Positions 28,181 through 41,275 of a stretch of DNA of 64,000 nucleotides are shown piece after piece. The notes below the pieces were generated by a model. That model did not search any database. It saw nothing but the letters and a program-made list of their open reading frames with translations, and had not been told where the DNA came from. Numbering within the stretch: the first letter of the stretch is position 1; the number at the start of each line of letters is the position of its first letter. Origin of the DNA: Raillietiella orientalis. Taxonomy: Eukaryota. A program made the translations under genes and the position numbers. The DNA lies in the NCBI GenBank assembly GCA_036172245.1, contig JAYWIR010000037.1, forward strand, positions 1,426,001-1,490,000, given 5' to 3'.

Positions 28181-31100
28181 AGAAATTCCTTTCCTTTCCC
28201 AATAACTCATATCTTTTTCATTAAAGCGAGTATCTTTTTCGGTGTTCTTTCCTAAATTTTCATTTTAGTTTATTCGGCATAGTGTACACGAATAATTTAT
28301 TTCATTCAGAATGAATAGCGTACAGCATTTCTTTATTCCCTAAGAAATGCATCGCGAATTTTTAAAAACGGAATGAAAATTGCAAGATGAATAAGCTTGG
28401 AAAGCAATAAGCATTGATGATGAATTCATCTATGGACTTGGAAGACATATGGCCTAATGAGAATTACGTGACCTACATGGGCCCGAAATGCAAATCGTCA
28501 AGTCAAACTACGATCCACTAGTGAATCACAGAAGATTGGTCATCCACGATACAAAGAATATTGGCCTTTTTCTATGCGGAAAACTAGAGACGAAGCAAGG
28601 CAGAAACCATGATGATTTCTTGTTTAGAATGCTTCACTAATGATAGAATAAACATGTGGATGTGAATTCTATAGAATCAACTTCTAAACCTTCTGGAAAT
28701 GAAGAAAAATCACGATCACAATTGAATTTGATACGACGGGTTTCAAAATGAACAGAGGACTTTGTGAGGCATAACGAATGATATGCACTCCATGATTTCA
28801 ACAGATCTGTTTTAACACTGATTTCAAGATGTATTCTAAAATACCACCTATTTTAATATAGGTTGAATGGGTGAATAGAACTAAGACAAGATAGAACAAG
28901 ATAATGCAAGATAGAACTAAGTTCCAGGATGCATTGGAGAAAATCTCAAAGTTCCAAACACAGTGATAAAGACCCAATCTCAAAATTGTTGATTCAGATC
29001 ATGAACTGAAAAAATCCTATTCTAACATGGGATAAACGCATTTAAAAAGTTGAGTTCCGGCATTTCGACTTGTTCCAGGAGTGATGCGAGTGCGTTTGGA
29101 TGCACACAGCTTTAGAATCAAATCTCCTCTAATTGATTCGATATCAATCAACTGAAAGCATCTTTAAAAGTGAGGATGCCTGCAGCAGGGAAGCTTTAGT
29201 GGCAATATTCGCAATTTGTGACGAAAATCACAATCCAGAGATACTTATCTGTAAGTTGACGGGATCGTAATTGACAAAGTAATCAGCTATGTACTGAGAG
29301 TTGCTATCATAATTTACGAAATATAAAATTTTGCAAATGTGATCATCACAGGATGATCACATTTGCATCATACCTCTGAAATCCCTAACTAAAGGGAAAC
29401 CTCTGTACTCAAACAAAATTTGTTGATAGCCGCAGGAGACACAAGTGTTTATGTAACCTGGTTATCAAAATAAATAGACCGACACTGGATCATGGAATCA
29501 TGTATGTAAAATGAAAAAATAAAATAAAATTGCAGCTGCTTATCATCATTCAAAATATCGACAACACATATTTAACTTGCAAAAATTATAATCCTTTTGT
29601 GATCTGGGTGCCTGAATAATATCACCCATAATCAAATTTTGGTATCACATTTTCCTTATAGTTGATTACTTTCTCGTGCAGATGACAAGAAATATGCTCC
29701 AGTACTGAAGAGAATCTGCAAGGTAGCTCGTTGCTATGGTTTTTTGATCTCCAGTCGAGTTTTCAGCAAATAGAGTCTTCTACGCAGTCGTGCAATAATT
29801 GCCAATATGCATAATTCCAAGAAATGCATTTCCCTGGAGAAATTTTATCCCAAGCATGAGATTCTGCAGGGGATGAAAAGACATTCTTCTGAGGGAGGAC
29901 ACGTATCATGGAGAAATGCGTTCATTTTCGAATTTATGGTACATGCACACAACATAACTGTGTACTCACTCGTACTGTTTAACCTCTGGGTCCAAGATTT
30001 CTTCGGCAAACTTCCATGTTCCAAAGGGCAACCAAAGTCTGATGAAGGAAGAGTGCCCTCCTCTTTTCGAATTTGGTTTCGGAGCAAATGGCAGAAGAAC
30101 ATCGGCCACTGAACCTGCAATGTCTGAAAAATGCAATTTGCGAGAAGTTGGTCACATGAATCACAACGTGTCAGCGTGTTGGTATGGAGCGTGTTGCCTG
30201 GAAATCACGTTATTATTTTAACGGGAAAGCTCCCAGGGAACACTCATCTGTTGTCTTTGATATCTGCCTATTTTTCTCGAAGTTGACATCCTTTATTCCA
30301 TGCAACTTTCTGGTCATATTCCTTCATCCATTCCTAATTCAAAAAGTTTCAGGAAACACTAATTTTGGAAAAAAAGGTTTCTCTATCTTACCCTCATTTG
30401 ATATCATCCATGATTCCTCCACCTGGATACGATTATCAATAAAGTTTATACATCACTGATTCAGTTCCCTCTTGATATGAACATCCTCTTTATGGTCCAA
30501 TTAAATAAATTCGTCATCTCATTGCAACAGAACCACTTTCGCAGAAAGTTCCACTTTTTCGCAGACATTCCTCGCTAGCACTCTCAGAAAATCAGATGAA
30601 TACAATTTCTTGTGGGACCTATTCAATTGTGCCGATTGAAAATCTCGAAATCACTGATGGGACATTCCCATGTTGCCCTTCGGACCTCCTATCATTTTGC
30701 TACCTTTGGCATTTAAAATTTTTGCGTATACTCCGGACGCTCCCGTGTCGAAGGAAGCCCAAAATTCCCGCTTTTACTTGAATCCACATTGTCCTCCTTG
30801 TTTCATACCTTTTTTTACTTTATCTCGGTATTTGCATTCCGGTATGCCATGACTCTCTCGGCTGAATCTCAGGACGAAAATTTATCGCTTTGCACGGGAC
30901 TCCTAGTAACAAAAGCGTAGGTGTTGCCAGAAATGCTCAATCTGATTCCTTGGTCAGTTTCCCACTTTCCGAATGCTGGCTTACAAAACCATCTTTTTCG
31001 ATACATGCTTTCCAATTTTAACATATTTGTTCGAATATGTTGCGTGTCTTAGCACGAGGCGTTGCATGTCCATTCCTTGGAAGGAGCAAACCTTGTGTGC

Positions 31101-31689
31101 AAAAAAACAAGCAGGAAAATGAAGTGGTAATAGTCGGCAAACTAATATCTTTTTCTGTTTCTTGTTATAAATTAGGAAACAGCAACAGCACTTTATGCTG
31201 TTTTCACGTGAACCAGCTCAGCTGCTAAGCCAGGAGTTTGAGAGCAATCAGGAAATGATCTTGCTGTGCACCCGGCAGACTCCGGGTTGAGAAATTACTC
31301 AAGAGAAAGAAGAAAAAAAACACACAGTGTTACCTGAGCATGGTCTGTGATTTTTTAAAAAACAAATCTGCCTGAAAAAGTGAATAACTTTGGAATTGGG
31401 CGTCAAACAGGTCTGAATTACAGTTCGTTGCATGATTTTATCTTTGATTTCCAGCAGTTAGGTGTAGCAGTTCTGGTCGGCAGCGAGACAGCGGCACTTT
31501 GTAAAATGCCGCACAGCACCATGAGTTCCTGGAAATTTTTGCGTATCCTGGGGTCATTAATTAGGTAGGCAATACTGGTGTAAGATATACAAGGCACCGC
31601 AGTAACTATTTTTTCTACAGTGGTAGTTGACTGCATTACTATTGCCCTCTTCACACACCATAAGCGTGATTGTCTCTAGCCAGCTGAAG

Positions 31690-31960
31690 AGGCACCACTT
31701 CTGTAAGGCTGCGGAACAAAAAAATGCGTTTGGTCAAAGAGCTGCCGCCTGTCCGAGGCTACATTGTGACAAGTGTTCAAGAGGTCACCAGGCATTTTCC
31801 TGTTCCACAACCCTTCGAGAGGTGTCACCTCTGCCATGCTGGAGAACGCACCGGAAAGAAATGCATGCACCACGAGAACTCCCTCTTGAACGCGAAAGAA
31901 AATATCACCCTACATGAGCCCAATAGTCACCTAAGGTTCCCCATGTGTCCAGAAGAGGAG
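31690..31960 (+). mobile_element. LINE ORF1 (gag-like) zinc-knuckle relic
   Basis: Overlapping ORFs give PRLHCDKCSRGHQAFSC, then RCHLCHAGERTGKKC...H...CP. This matches the triple CCHC-type knuckle of Jockey/I-group ORF1, split by a frameshift. Confidence 0.5.
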
Positions 31961-32785
31961 GAAAGAACACAAGGACTTGGCCTGTCCTTTGCAAACCTTA
32001 GCCCAGAAGAATGAAACCAAGCCCACGATGAAGTACAAACTGCAGAAGAACAAGAACTTGAGCTCCCCTCCAATAGGTTGGAGCAAACTGCTTGAGAACC
32101 CGGAGTACTGACTTTCCAAGTACAACCCGAAGGAAGGATGCAAAATGATATGCTTTAGGATGAAAACACGCTCAAACTGCGCGATCTCATATGCACTGTT
32201 CCCGAACGGTGTTTCCAGATCTTGGAATAATCAAAGCATGAAAAGGGAGGAAATAAGAAGGTCGCTTGTACCTCACGATTGCATTTTTCTTGGAGGACGA
32301 GATCTCAAAAAGCACTCTATAGAGTCGATTCTATCCAGAGATCCACTGCCTTCTTAAACAATCACCAAGGATGAATCCCATCCCGGAGAAATACGTTTAA
32401 TGAGAAACTGAGCAATGGAGGAGCAAAGAGGAAAAACCCACGGATATGGACACTGACTCGCAGAAGTAATCCAAAACGAGTAACCTAGGAAAGAAGAGAT
32501 GCATTTTCCGAAAGAGAACACTGAACTACTGAAAGAGGTTTAGTCTTGTGTGTGCATTTTTCTTTCTCCATGCTGCTTTATCCTATCTTGTGCTGAAGAA
32601 CAAGATGATCCCACCCCCTGTGAAACCAGGAAAATGCCGTTGCATTCTTGACTTTCCGGCCAAATAGGGAAAAAAATCTCTTTCATCTTGTTATTTGCTT
32701 GCTAATAGGAATGGGTGTGATTAATAGAAGGAGATAGAATGGAGACCACGTAAGTATTACGGCTTAAAACTGTTGTGGCATGGTC

Positions 32786-33437
32786 CGTAATGCCGAAAGG
32801 TACGATTCCGAAAGCCATAATTCCGAAGGATTGAAATCCCGAAAATATAATTCATCATTTACTGAGGAGGTTTCATTCGCTCAGCATCGGAAATGGGACA
32901 CATAGCGAGCTGCAAAAAAAAAATGAAATAATGCCGACAGTTTAAAATGAGTGAAAAATAGCAAAAATAGAAAAAGTGGAAAACAAGGAAAATGAAAAAA
33001 AAAAACTCCTCATATGAAAAAAGTGCATCGAGAGAAAAGGTTGTGGGCAATTGCACAGAGGTGGTTCCTAAGAACTACTCAACTTCCACGATGTATTTTG
33101 AAGTCTTGAATGGCAACGATTATATATATTATTGTAATTATATACATTCGTACGTATAACATTATCGTTATATATTATATATAAGACGAATATTATATAC
33201 CGCTGTCCCGAAAACGGCAATTCTTATTTTTCTTTTTCCTTCCACCATTTTAAATGGCTGGGATTATTTTTTATAATTGCCCATGTCGAGTGTCTTATTC
33301 TCGCACCGTTTCCAACGTTCAGTGCATAAAACCTCAGTGAGCGGTGAATTTTATTCTCTTGATTTCGATCTTTCACGATTCCGACATTGGGAATTATGGA
33401 GTCAGGGATTGTGTCTTTGGACCATATGATTACTACG
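32786..33437. mobile_element. Degenerate Mutator-like MITE with inverted subterminal tandem repeats
   Basis: Four ~15-bp units at 32786-32845 (cgtaatgccgaaagg / tacgattccgaaagc / cataattccgaagga / ttgaaatcccgaaaa). Inverted degenerate units at 33361-33437 (gggaattatgg, agggattgtgtc). AT-rich interior. Confidence 0.5.
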
Positions 33438-36400
33438 GTCGTGGGAGTGTCTTCCTTGAGTTCCTAGCAACACCGACATTCAGTCTTAACCTCATTTGCA
33501 GAAAGAGAGCCAGGAAAGCTACAGTCGCCTTTTGGTGCTCAGCCTTAAAAGTTCAGGCACAAAAACTTAGACTGGACTGCAACCTACACCAGAGTAGCAG
33601 GAGAGTCGTCTGCACTGCCGTTGGTTGGTTGTAATTGCCAAGGAAACGCACGATTTAGCAGACCCTGAATCTCTCCTCTGCTGTAGAAATGCTGCTCAGC
33701 AAGCTCCCCTGCGAGTACCGGAGGGCAAAGAATGATTTCCCAGAAGTTTCGCTTTGGAGGATTCTACTGAAGATCTCCTGCCTGCAATTCTAAAGCGAAT
33801 CAGAGATTTATGATGAAGCACTTCTCATCCGATGAAGCAACAGAACCCCCATGGAACTGCCGTCACACTGTCATAAGTTGCTTATCTTCGTCCTCACCAT
33901 TAAATTAAGGTGGATGCCTTGTTGATCGGTACACCAAGATGAGCGTTGGTTACCAAACTCCCTGAAGGAACACCTCACATGAAAGGGCGATTACCGTGTC
34001 TACAGAGATTTCAGACATGCTTGTACACAGGAGTTTTCCTTTCTTCACCAATCTACAGACTGGCACGTTGAGGAAGCAGCATCTTCTTCCAGCTGAAGAA
34101 AATGAGATACCCATCCGTACGTTGCATTTGCTTTATTCCTGCTGCTTGCGTGTCAAATCATGCTCCCCATGGAATTTGCGACAAGGAAAACAGAAAATAA
34201 AAGACAAAAAATGTACGAATATCTGGTTCAAAAAGCACCACATGTCTTTCGAACCAATGCCGCCGTTGGAACCCACATACAAACCACTCCCATGATACTT
34301 TGTCTTCTTTGAGGTCCAATAAGAAACTCTTAGGAATTCTGAATCCGTGGAAATTTCTTGGAATCTCGGACTTTCGTAGCATTCTCATTTTGGCAATCTG
34401 TATTTCAGAGCTCTTGACCATGCAAAGAATCTTCAAGAGCACCTTGAATCTTCACCCGAAGTGGACCTTGTATCTTCGTTAGGGAATCATTCTTTTGCAA
34501 AGTTTTGATGCTTATTCTATTTAAGATACAGCTGCTTCTGGAGTACTCTTCTCACTTCTCATCTGCCTATCTTGTTCTTTCCATTTTGATGACTAGAGCG
34601 AGGGATTTCACAGTTCCTCATTTGAACTCATTTGAACTGTAGAGTCTCGGAAGATTTCTGTGAAAATGTCATTGAAAGAAAATGTTTTTCCAAAAATTCG
34701 TCGAAAAGAGTTTTAGGTAATTATTATCGGCATAGTTTGATTCGAAAACAGAAGACGAACATTCTTTTTAATGCAATGGTGGTCGCTTCTGTTTCACCAC
34801 GTTCTGGTTGATAATCGGCTTCCTAGGTCCTCTTAGGATATTTCCATGCAGGTTAAAAAAATACTTAAATAATAAAAAAAAGATGGTGGAACGATGGAAA
34901 CATTTACAGATTAATCGAATGTCGAACCCTGGTGATATATGTTCACCTAAGAAAGTCCTTGATAAGGGTCAGTGGTGACTATGAAACGAAGACCATCGAC
35001 ACATTTCGTATTTTACATCAGTTACCTGAGGATAAAGTACATGAGGAGCAAACGGAAAAAACAGATCCAAAATCAAAATCGATCAAAAACATCTTCCAAA
35101 AACAAATTGAAAGGAGTGAACATTCGTGCAGCTCCGAGATTAACTTCCCTGGAATGGTTTGAAGAATCATACGTTCCCTTATTGCTTATGTTATGCTCTG
35201 ATTGACCATCATATATCAAAATCGGATTTCCATGACCACGTTCCGATGGATACTTGCTTGCAGGCACAAGTTCTGTAAGAACGTGTTTGGTTCTTTATAT
35301 GGCATTTAAGTGATAGCAATCAAATGGCACCATAAAGATCCTGTTTGCAATGTGATCTTCATAATATGGTGTCAGGTACACGGAAACGAATGTCGTCTTC
35401 TGGACGCGGTAGCGGAAAAAAATTCCTCCAGTTCTCTCGAGACTTGTCGCTTTCTAAGTCGCATGCAGCCTGACGTCCTACTTTCCATCCCACTACGGTC
35501 CCACTCTTTCTTATTCAGTCCACACTCTCTGCATCAGGTTTCCAAGTTCATTTGTGCCCCCTGCGGATTTCACAACGATTCGAGTGCACACTCGAAAGCT
35601 AATTGATTGCAATCCGGAAAGCATTTGTTCAGCATAGATCCGATGAACGACCTATGTAAAGTGGGTCCCACATGTAGTCAGATATTTCGGAAACTTGCTT
35701 CATGTTTCTGCAAGTCACTGCACATTACTTTCGGTATTTCAGCACGTTTCGTCTAAATAAGGTGATGGAAGTTCATCAACAGGTTAGGATAAATCCAGTT
35801 TTGCATCTGTGGGTGTTTGACGGCATCCATCATCGTTTCTCAAAATTATCCCATAATTCCATCGAATTATTAGCGCTGAAATAGAATTATTTACTAATAC
35901 GGATGCCTTTAAATGTTTAAGCATGTCCTCGATTTTTTCATGGGATAGCGTTGAAACTCCTTTGCCTTTTTAAATTTTTAAATGACTAGGAGTGGTCTCC
36001 TTCGCTACTTGAAACAAGCGAACATAAAAACCTCGTTTTTCCTGCATCGCAGCTTCCTTTGAGGCTTTTCACGGATGTATGCGTTCTCTCTCGCCTTTTT
36101 TTTTTTTTTTTTTTTTGTCAAGGAACAATTTACTTAAAATGCAAATTGTTTTTTCAAAACGTTCAAAACTCATTTCAAGGAAACAAATGATGATTCAGCT
36201 TTTCCTAAGTACGAAGACAAATAGCTTACTTTTCTCATGATATATTAATTCATGTTTGACTATGGTCACAGGATTTGGCTCGGTTCAACGAAAGCTACAA
36301 ATCTGGACCACGTGGTTGAGAGTACCCGGCAAATTGATGACTGAATGAGACACGAGAGTCGAGACGATGATGACTCGATTTCAGTCTGCTCCTGACATTG

Positions 36401-39400
36401 GATGTCCTCCACTGCACTGACTTGAACTGGTTTTTGGTCTTACCCTGGACCTTCAGACTGAAGACTGCCTGCAACTGCCTCAAAGCATTACTGCATTAGC
36501 AAATCTTTGCATTCCTAATTGAAACTTCACCTTTGCGAAACAGCAGAAAGCACTTTTAAGCTGCATGTTTCTATTCTATGAAAACAAATTCTTTCTTGAA
36601 ATATCATGAGCTGGAGGTGACTGACCGTAGACCATGTGAATGCTGATCGATACCATTCTATTCTCTATTATTCTTGTTAGCGTAGTCTAGCTGCTAAATT
36701 GTTCAAGCCAGGTGCTGTCAAATTTCAGCTTCGTGTTTTCTGAGTTTTTTTCTGTGTCTCATGTAAGTTACGCACCAATTTATGGCTGCTGGAACCCATA
36801 ACCCAGTGATAAAGCGAAACTATAAAACTGGCATTGCCAAAGGTATGCCTCGAGGAAAGAGTTCCTTTTACTGAGTATTTTCTTCTAAATTTCTACGAAA
36901 CACAAGCCACTAAACGGCAGATCACTTCGTAAACTCATGTTGTTTTGGACACCCACAAAATCTCGAGGCATTAAAGAAAGAATAAGATAATTGGCATGCT
37001 AATAAAGTGCACTTGTTGCTGCTTCGATAGCTTCCTTGTCGACTCCAGTGGATGGTTGAATGGGAAGATCTCCATCCCCAAGTGAAAATCTTCTATGGCA
37101 GACACTGCGTGTTTCTGAAAGTTGGCGCATGAAAGTGATCCTGCTTCTCGTGATTATCTTGGACAACGGATCATGCGGATGCGATTCTAAGCAAGCTTTC
37201 ACATTCGAAGGATTTCAAAAGTGACCAGTTGAAGTTTCCTCGAACTGCTACATTTAGCTGCATGAAGAGAAGTTTTAGATATTTTTTGAGAAGTTTTTCT
37301 GAAAACTTATCTCCAACTTAATTTGTTTTCTGCTCATCTTTTCAAGATGCTCAGGTTAGGCTCAGTCCGTGCTTTCCTAGCTAGTAGAATGCAATGTCCT
37401 CGAAACATGGTCTACACATTCAAGAAGAAATCGGTGCGATTACAGGCGTTCAACACACTTTTTTAGACACCGACGTTTAGGTTCCATGTACATGACGTGC
37501 TCTGTTGTCTTCCTAGGGTTGCGCTCAGCCTAAGGAGTGAGAATCGTAAGTGGTATGAGTCCCATCCACACTTCTCTATTTCAAACGCCCAAGTTCTCTC
37601 CACATCTCTTTTGCATTCTCCAAGAGAGGAGATGGTATCTGAAACTTGTCTGTCATGACGGCCACCTCGACGGGAAATTTCGTGCTGCTACCACCTTGGA
37701 GATGTAGTCAAGCGATGAGTGTACATGGAGCTCATGTGACATATCCTCTTCCTTTCTCGTTAGAAAGCAGATGCAAGGTCTAACGTGGGAGCATTGCACA
37801 TCGAGAAATCAAAAGGAAAAGTAGAGAAGCAGGAAAAAGTGCTGCAGATTTGCAAAAACCTATCAACTCAGTCTATAAAGAGTCTTGACCAGTTCGCTAT
37901 TTCTTTCAGATTAAAGCTTCTGTGGTATCATCCAGTCAGCATTTTATTAGTTTCTTTGAGGAACAAAGTGTAGAATAGTCAACAGTCATTTCTTTATTTT
38001 TTTCCGTCACTTATTCTGAACTAATTGATAACTCGGTGACCGTAAAACCGACGAACTACCTAGAAGAGGGAATTTAACACGGCAGTAAATCTTCACTGCT
38101 CTCCTAAAAACCGTTTCTTCTCCCGATGGCTGGTGATCTCAATCCAACACGCGTATATGGCTGTCTTCCCTTCTCCTTTAGAAACCGAGCATCACTGCTC
38201 TCCCTTCAGAAGATGCTGACAACATCCTTAGGACAACTGCGACATTGCAAGTTCCAAAATCGAACCATAACGCAGTGTCTGAGGGGATTTATGACGGGCA
38301 AGCACGTCCTTAAAGGATGACGGAACAATAAATAGCTTCCAAGATTAAATTTTCCTCATAGTAAGTGCCGAATGGATTTCCCAACTCAGCAGTCGTTCTG
38401 TGTGCACCGCATCTCTGTGAAAAGGTGCGGCACCCTACATGATGTTTAGCAGGTGTTCTCTAATGCTCCTTAGGAGACAGTTGTTCGAATACTTTTTCCT
38501 TTAAATGGAACTAGACGAGCATTTCTGAGATCACTTCTGTGTCGAAAAGAGAATTCCCTGAAAAAGAGAAGTCCGAGATGGGCACGACATCATTTTTCAT
38601 GAATGTCCATAGCCCTCACCTAAATGACACTCTCATGGAGCAAAAAATTCACTGCAGGCCTACCCTGTGATCCACTCTGGAAGAAGACCTCTCAGAACAG
38701 CCAAGCGAATGAGGGAGGGTGGACCCTCAAGTTCAACAGCAGAGAATTCTCGTTCACGTATGGGCTAAGGACCACGTCCTATCATTTGTCCACGATCCAA
38801 AAGCCAGTGGCGAGTAGCACAGGTGTTTGAAGGGTTCATTTCTTTGGCAACTCACAAACTTGATGGGAGTTTTCTTTATCTTAAGAAACGTCTTTCTGTG
38901 AATTCAGGATGCCAGGATGAAAAGTCTAAGGATGTCACCAAAGTGAGCAGTCTAGATTTCTTTTTTTACGCTGTAAAGGCCAAAGCGACCTGTAAAGGTT
39001 GAGATGCAGTGCATACAATAAAGGACAAATGATTCAAACAGGAATGTTAATGTGGAGGCGGAGCGTCGAAAAGCACGGGAACCAGGGACCATTGGTGAGA
39101 GATGATTTTTGATGATGGCCATCAACGTGGAAATTATCTGAACTCCTGGGTAGCAGTGGATGAAGTCTGAAAGTTTCATTAAAAATTATCACATTTCTAA
39201 GAAGGAAAACATTACATATGAATCATTTCTACATGTGTGAAGCGCAAGTTTCCCTACGGCCATGCTAAAACCAAACGTGCTAGGAGACTGGTACGATCCT
39301 GAGGCATGCAGTGAAATGTAAAATCTCTTCTAAGACTCCAGCGTGCTCATTTTGCTACCAACAGGTTTTCTTAATCGGAGGAACCATTAAATGGTGTTTT

Positions 39401-40959
39401 CGTTTTTACGCTGAGAAATCAAAGGGCAAAACGGCGACACAGAGCATGTTGTTGAGGACTACAGGATCCCTCCTAGTAATGTTGATCAACTTCAAAGCAT
39501 CCGAGACTAGCCTTAGGATGAATGAGAAAGGTCAGTCTTCAAATGAGGAATTTCTTCGATGAACCTTCTTTACATTTCCGGACATGCTACACGAGAGCTG
39601 ATGAGAAATGGGTGATGAATCCTCTGAGCGGTCATCGCTGTGTCTGTGTGGAATCGAAAGCGGCCAGCCTTGAATTTTCCAGATTTCCCCACTTTTTTTG
39701 AAGTACTCTATCCTGTCACCAACATTTCCTGATGTCATCGACTGGAATCACATTCCTTAATACTGTTGCCATTCGAGTTCTTCAGATAAGTGTACTGAAC
39801 ACGCCACTGCTTTCTCGAGGCAGATATTCAAAGGTAAGGAAGCAAATCTGGAGGATAACTCAGTGCTCCGAAAAACTAGGACCTGAAGTTCATTTAGTCC
39901 CTCATCTGCTCGCACTGTTTGTTAGCTGTGACCCAGTGTCCTAGGGAAAGAATATTCACCGTATGGTATAGAAATGTGCTCTTTAAGAAATAGAATCGCC
40001 CTCAATCAAAGAGACAAATCGATCGGCGGAAGACAGAGAACGATTTTCAACACAGGATGAATGGGATGAATCTGCACTTCTATTCAATTTTCCCTCTCAG
40101 GGGGAATTTTCTGTCTTGCAGATCGTGTAAAAAGTTGCAATGTGAGCTTTCACTGATGAAACCAAGTCATGTTTTAGTTTTCATGATTCATCTTCTTTGT
40201 TCACATGCAGATATGACCTCACTTCCTTCTTTGAATAGCTGAGAATCCTTCTGTAACACTGAGTACGTAAGGAGTTGGATGAGAGCTGAAATTAAAAAAA
40301 AAAAGAAGAAAAACATGAATACGTTGATCACCTCACTACGCACCTTGAGGTTGATTCAGAAGTGCGTTGGACCAACCATGTCTGTGGATCCCACACCAGG
40401 AAGATCTTCCCGATCTTCCAGCTGTGATCTTGGCACCAGTGCACGCCTGTGCGAAGCTGGGATCACAGAACTCCTGGCTGGCAGTGGATGAAGCAGAAGG
40501 TAAAACCCAGCAACACACATTGCCGAAGGGCAGCAAAGCTCAGCCCTGAGTTCCTGCTTGATGCAGTCAAGAACCTTCCGCCGAGGGGCTCACGGAGCAC
40601 TTTAACACTGTTTCAGCCCACCCGAGTTAACTCTTGAAGACGGAGCTACCGCAGGAGGAGACCACCCTATGAATCCAGGAAGGTTTCGGAGGAATCCTTT
40701 TCTCTTACTCTTGGGAGGTAATCCCGAATGGAACTCCGAAGAGAACCTCATCCTTATTCTCTCTGGAGATTCCTCTCGGAAGAGGTCACTTAATTATTTC
40801 CTCTCAAGAGGGGCCTCGCAAGGGAACAGCTCCTTGTTACTCCTCTGAAAAGAACCCTGAAGGGACGTTTCCAAATTTTTCTGATGGGAGCTTCCCGAAG
40901 AAAGCAGTGCGCTTCTTACATGCTGGAAAGGCATCACTCCGAGGGGGGTTTCAACCAAC

Positions 40960-41275
40960 TTCATGGTACACGATGAAGGGTGGAGGTCTCCACTCGGGTG
41001 GGAATGGCTACATTTTCACAATCGCAGGGGAACTCTGAAAGGAATTGACTCCTTGATTTCTAGAAGGACTTCGGAGGGTCGACCTTCAATCCTGGCCACT
41101 CAACGGGGCATCCAGTTTCCAGGTTCCCATCAGTGCCGCCCCTGAAAAAAGGCCAACCATTGTCATCTTGCGGGGGAACTCGAAACCCACAACGCACCCA
41201 TTTCTCGGCATGGATCCCATCTCTGGTGGGATTCGAACCCGCAACGCTTGGCAGCACGCGCGGAGGCCATGGGCT
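40960..41275 (-). mobile_element. tRNA-derived SINE-like element
   Basis: Minus strand has a B-box GCGGGTTCGAATCCCACC (41225-41242) with no complete cloverleaf. The body shares a degenerate motif (ggggaactctgaaaggaattgact) with 57795-57820 (gggactgaccctgaaggattcgact). Confidence 0.45.

Noticed and set aside
30670..30760. MLPFGPP...FAYTPD, RT-like words
   Set aside because: Too short and degenerate to call.
36096..36116. T21 run (also A19 at 5082-5100)
   Set aside because: No adjacent retrocopy body or target-site duplication identified; ordinary homopolymers.
40680..40950. Loose ~40-bp periodic repeats
   Set aside because: Too degenerate and without spacer structure, so not CRISPR. Probably low-complexity gag sequence.
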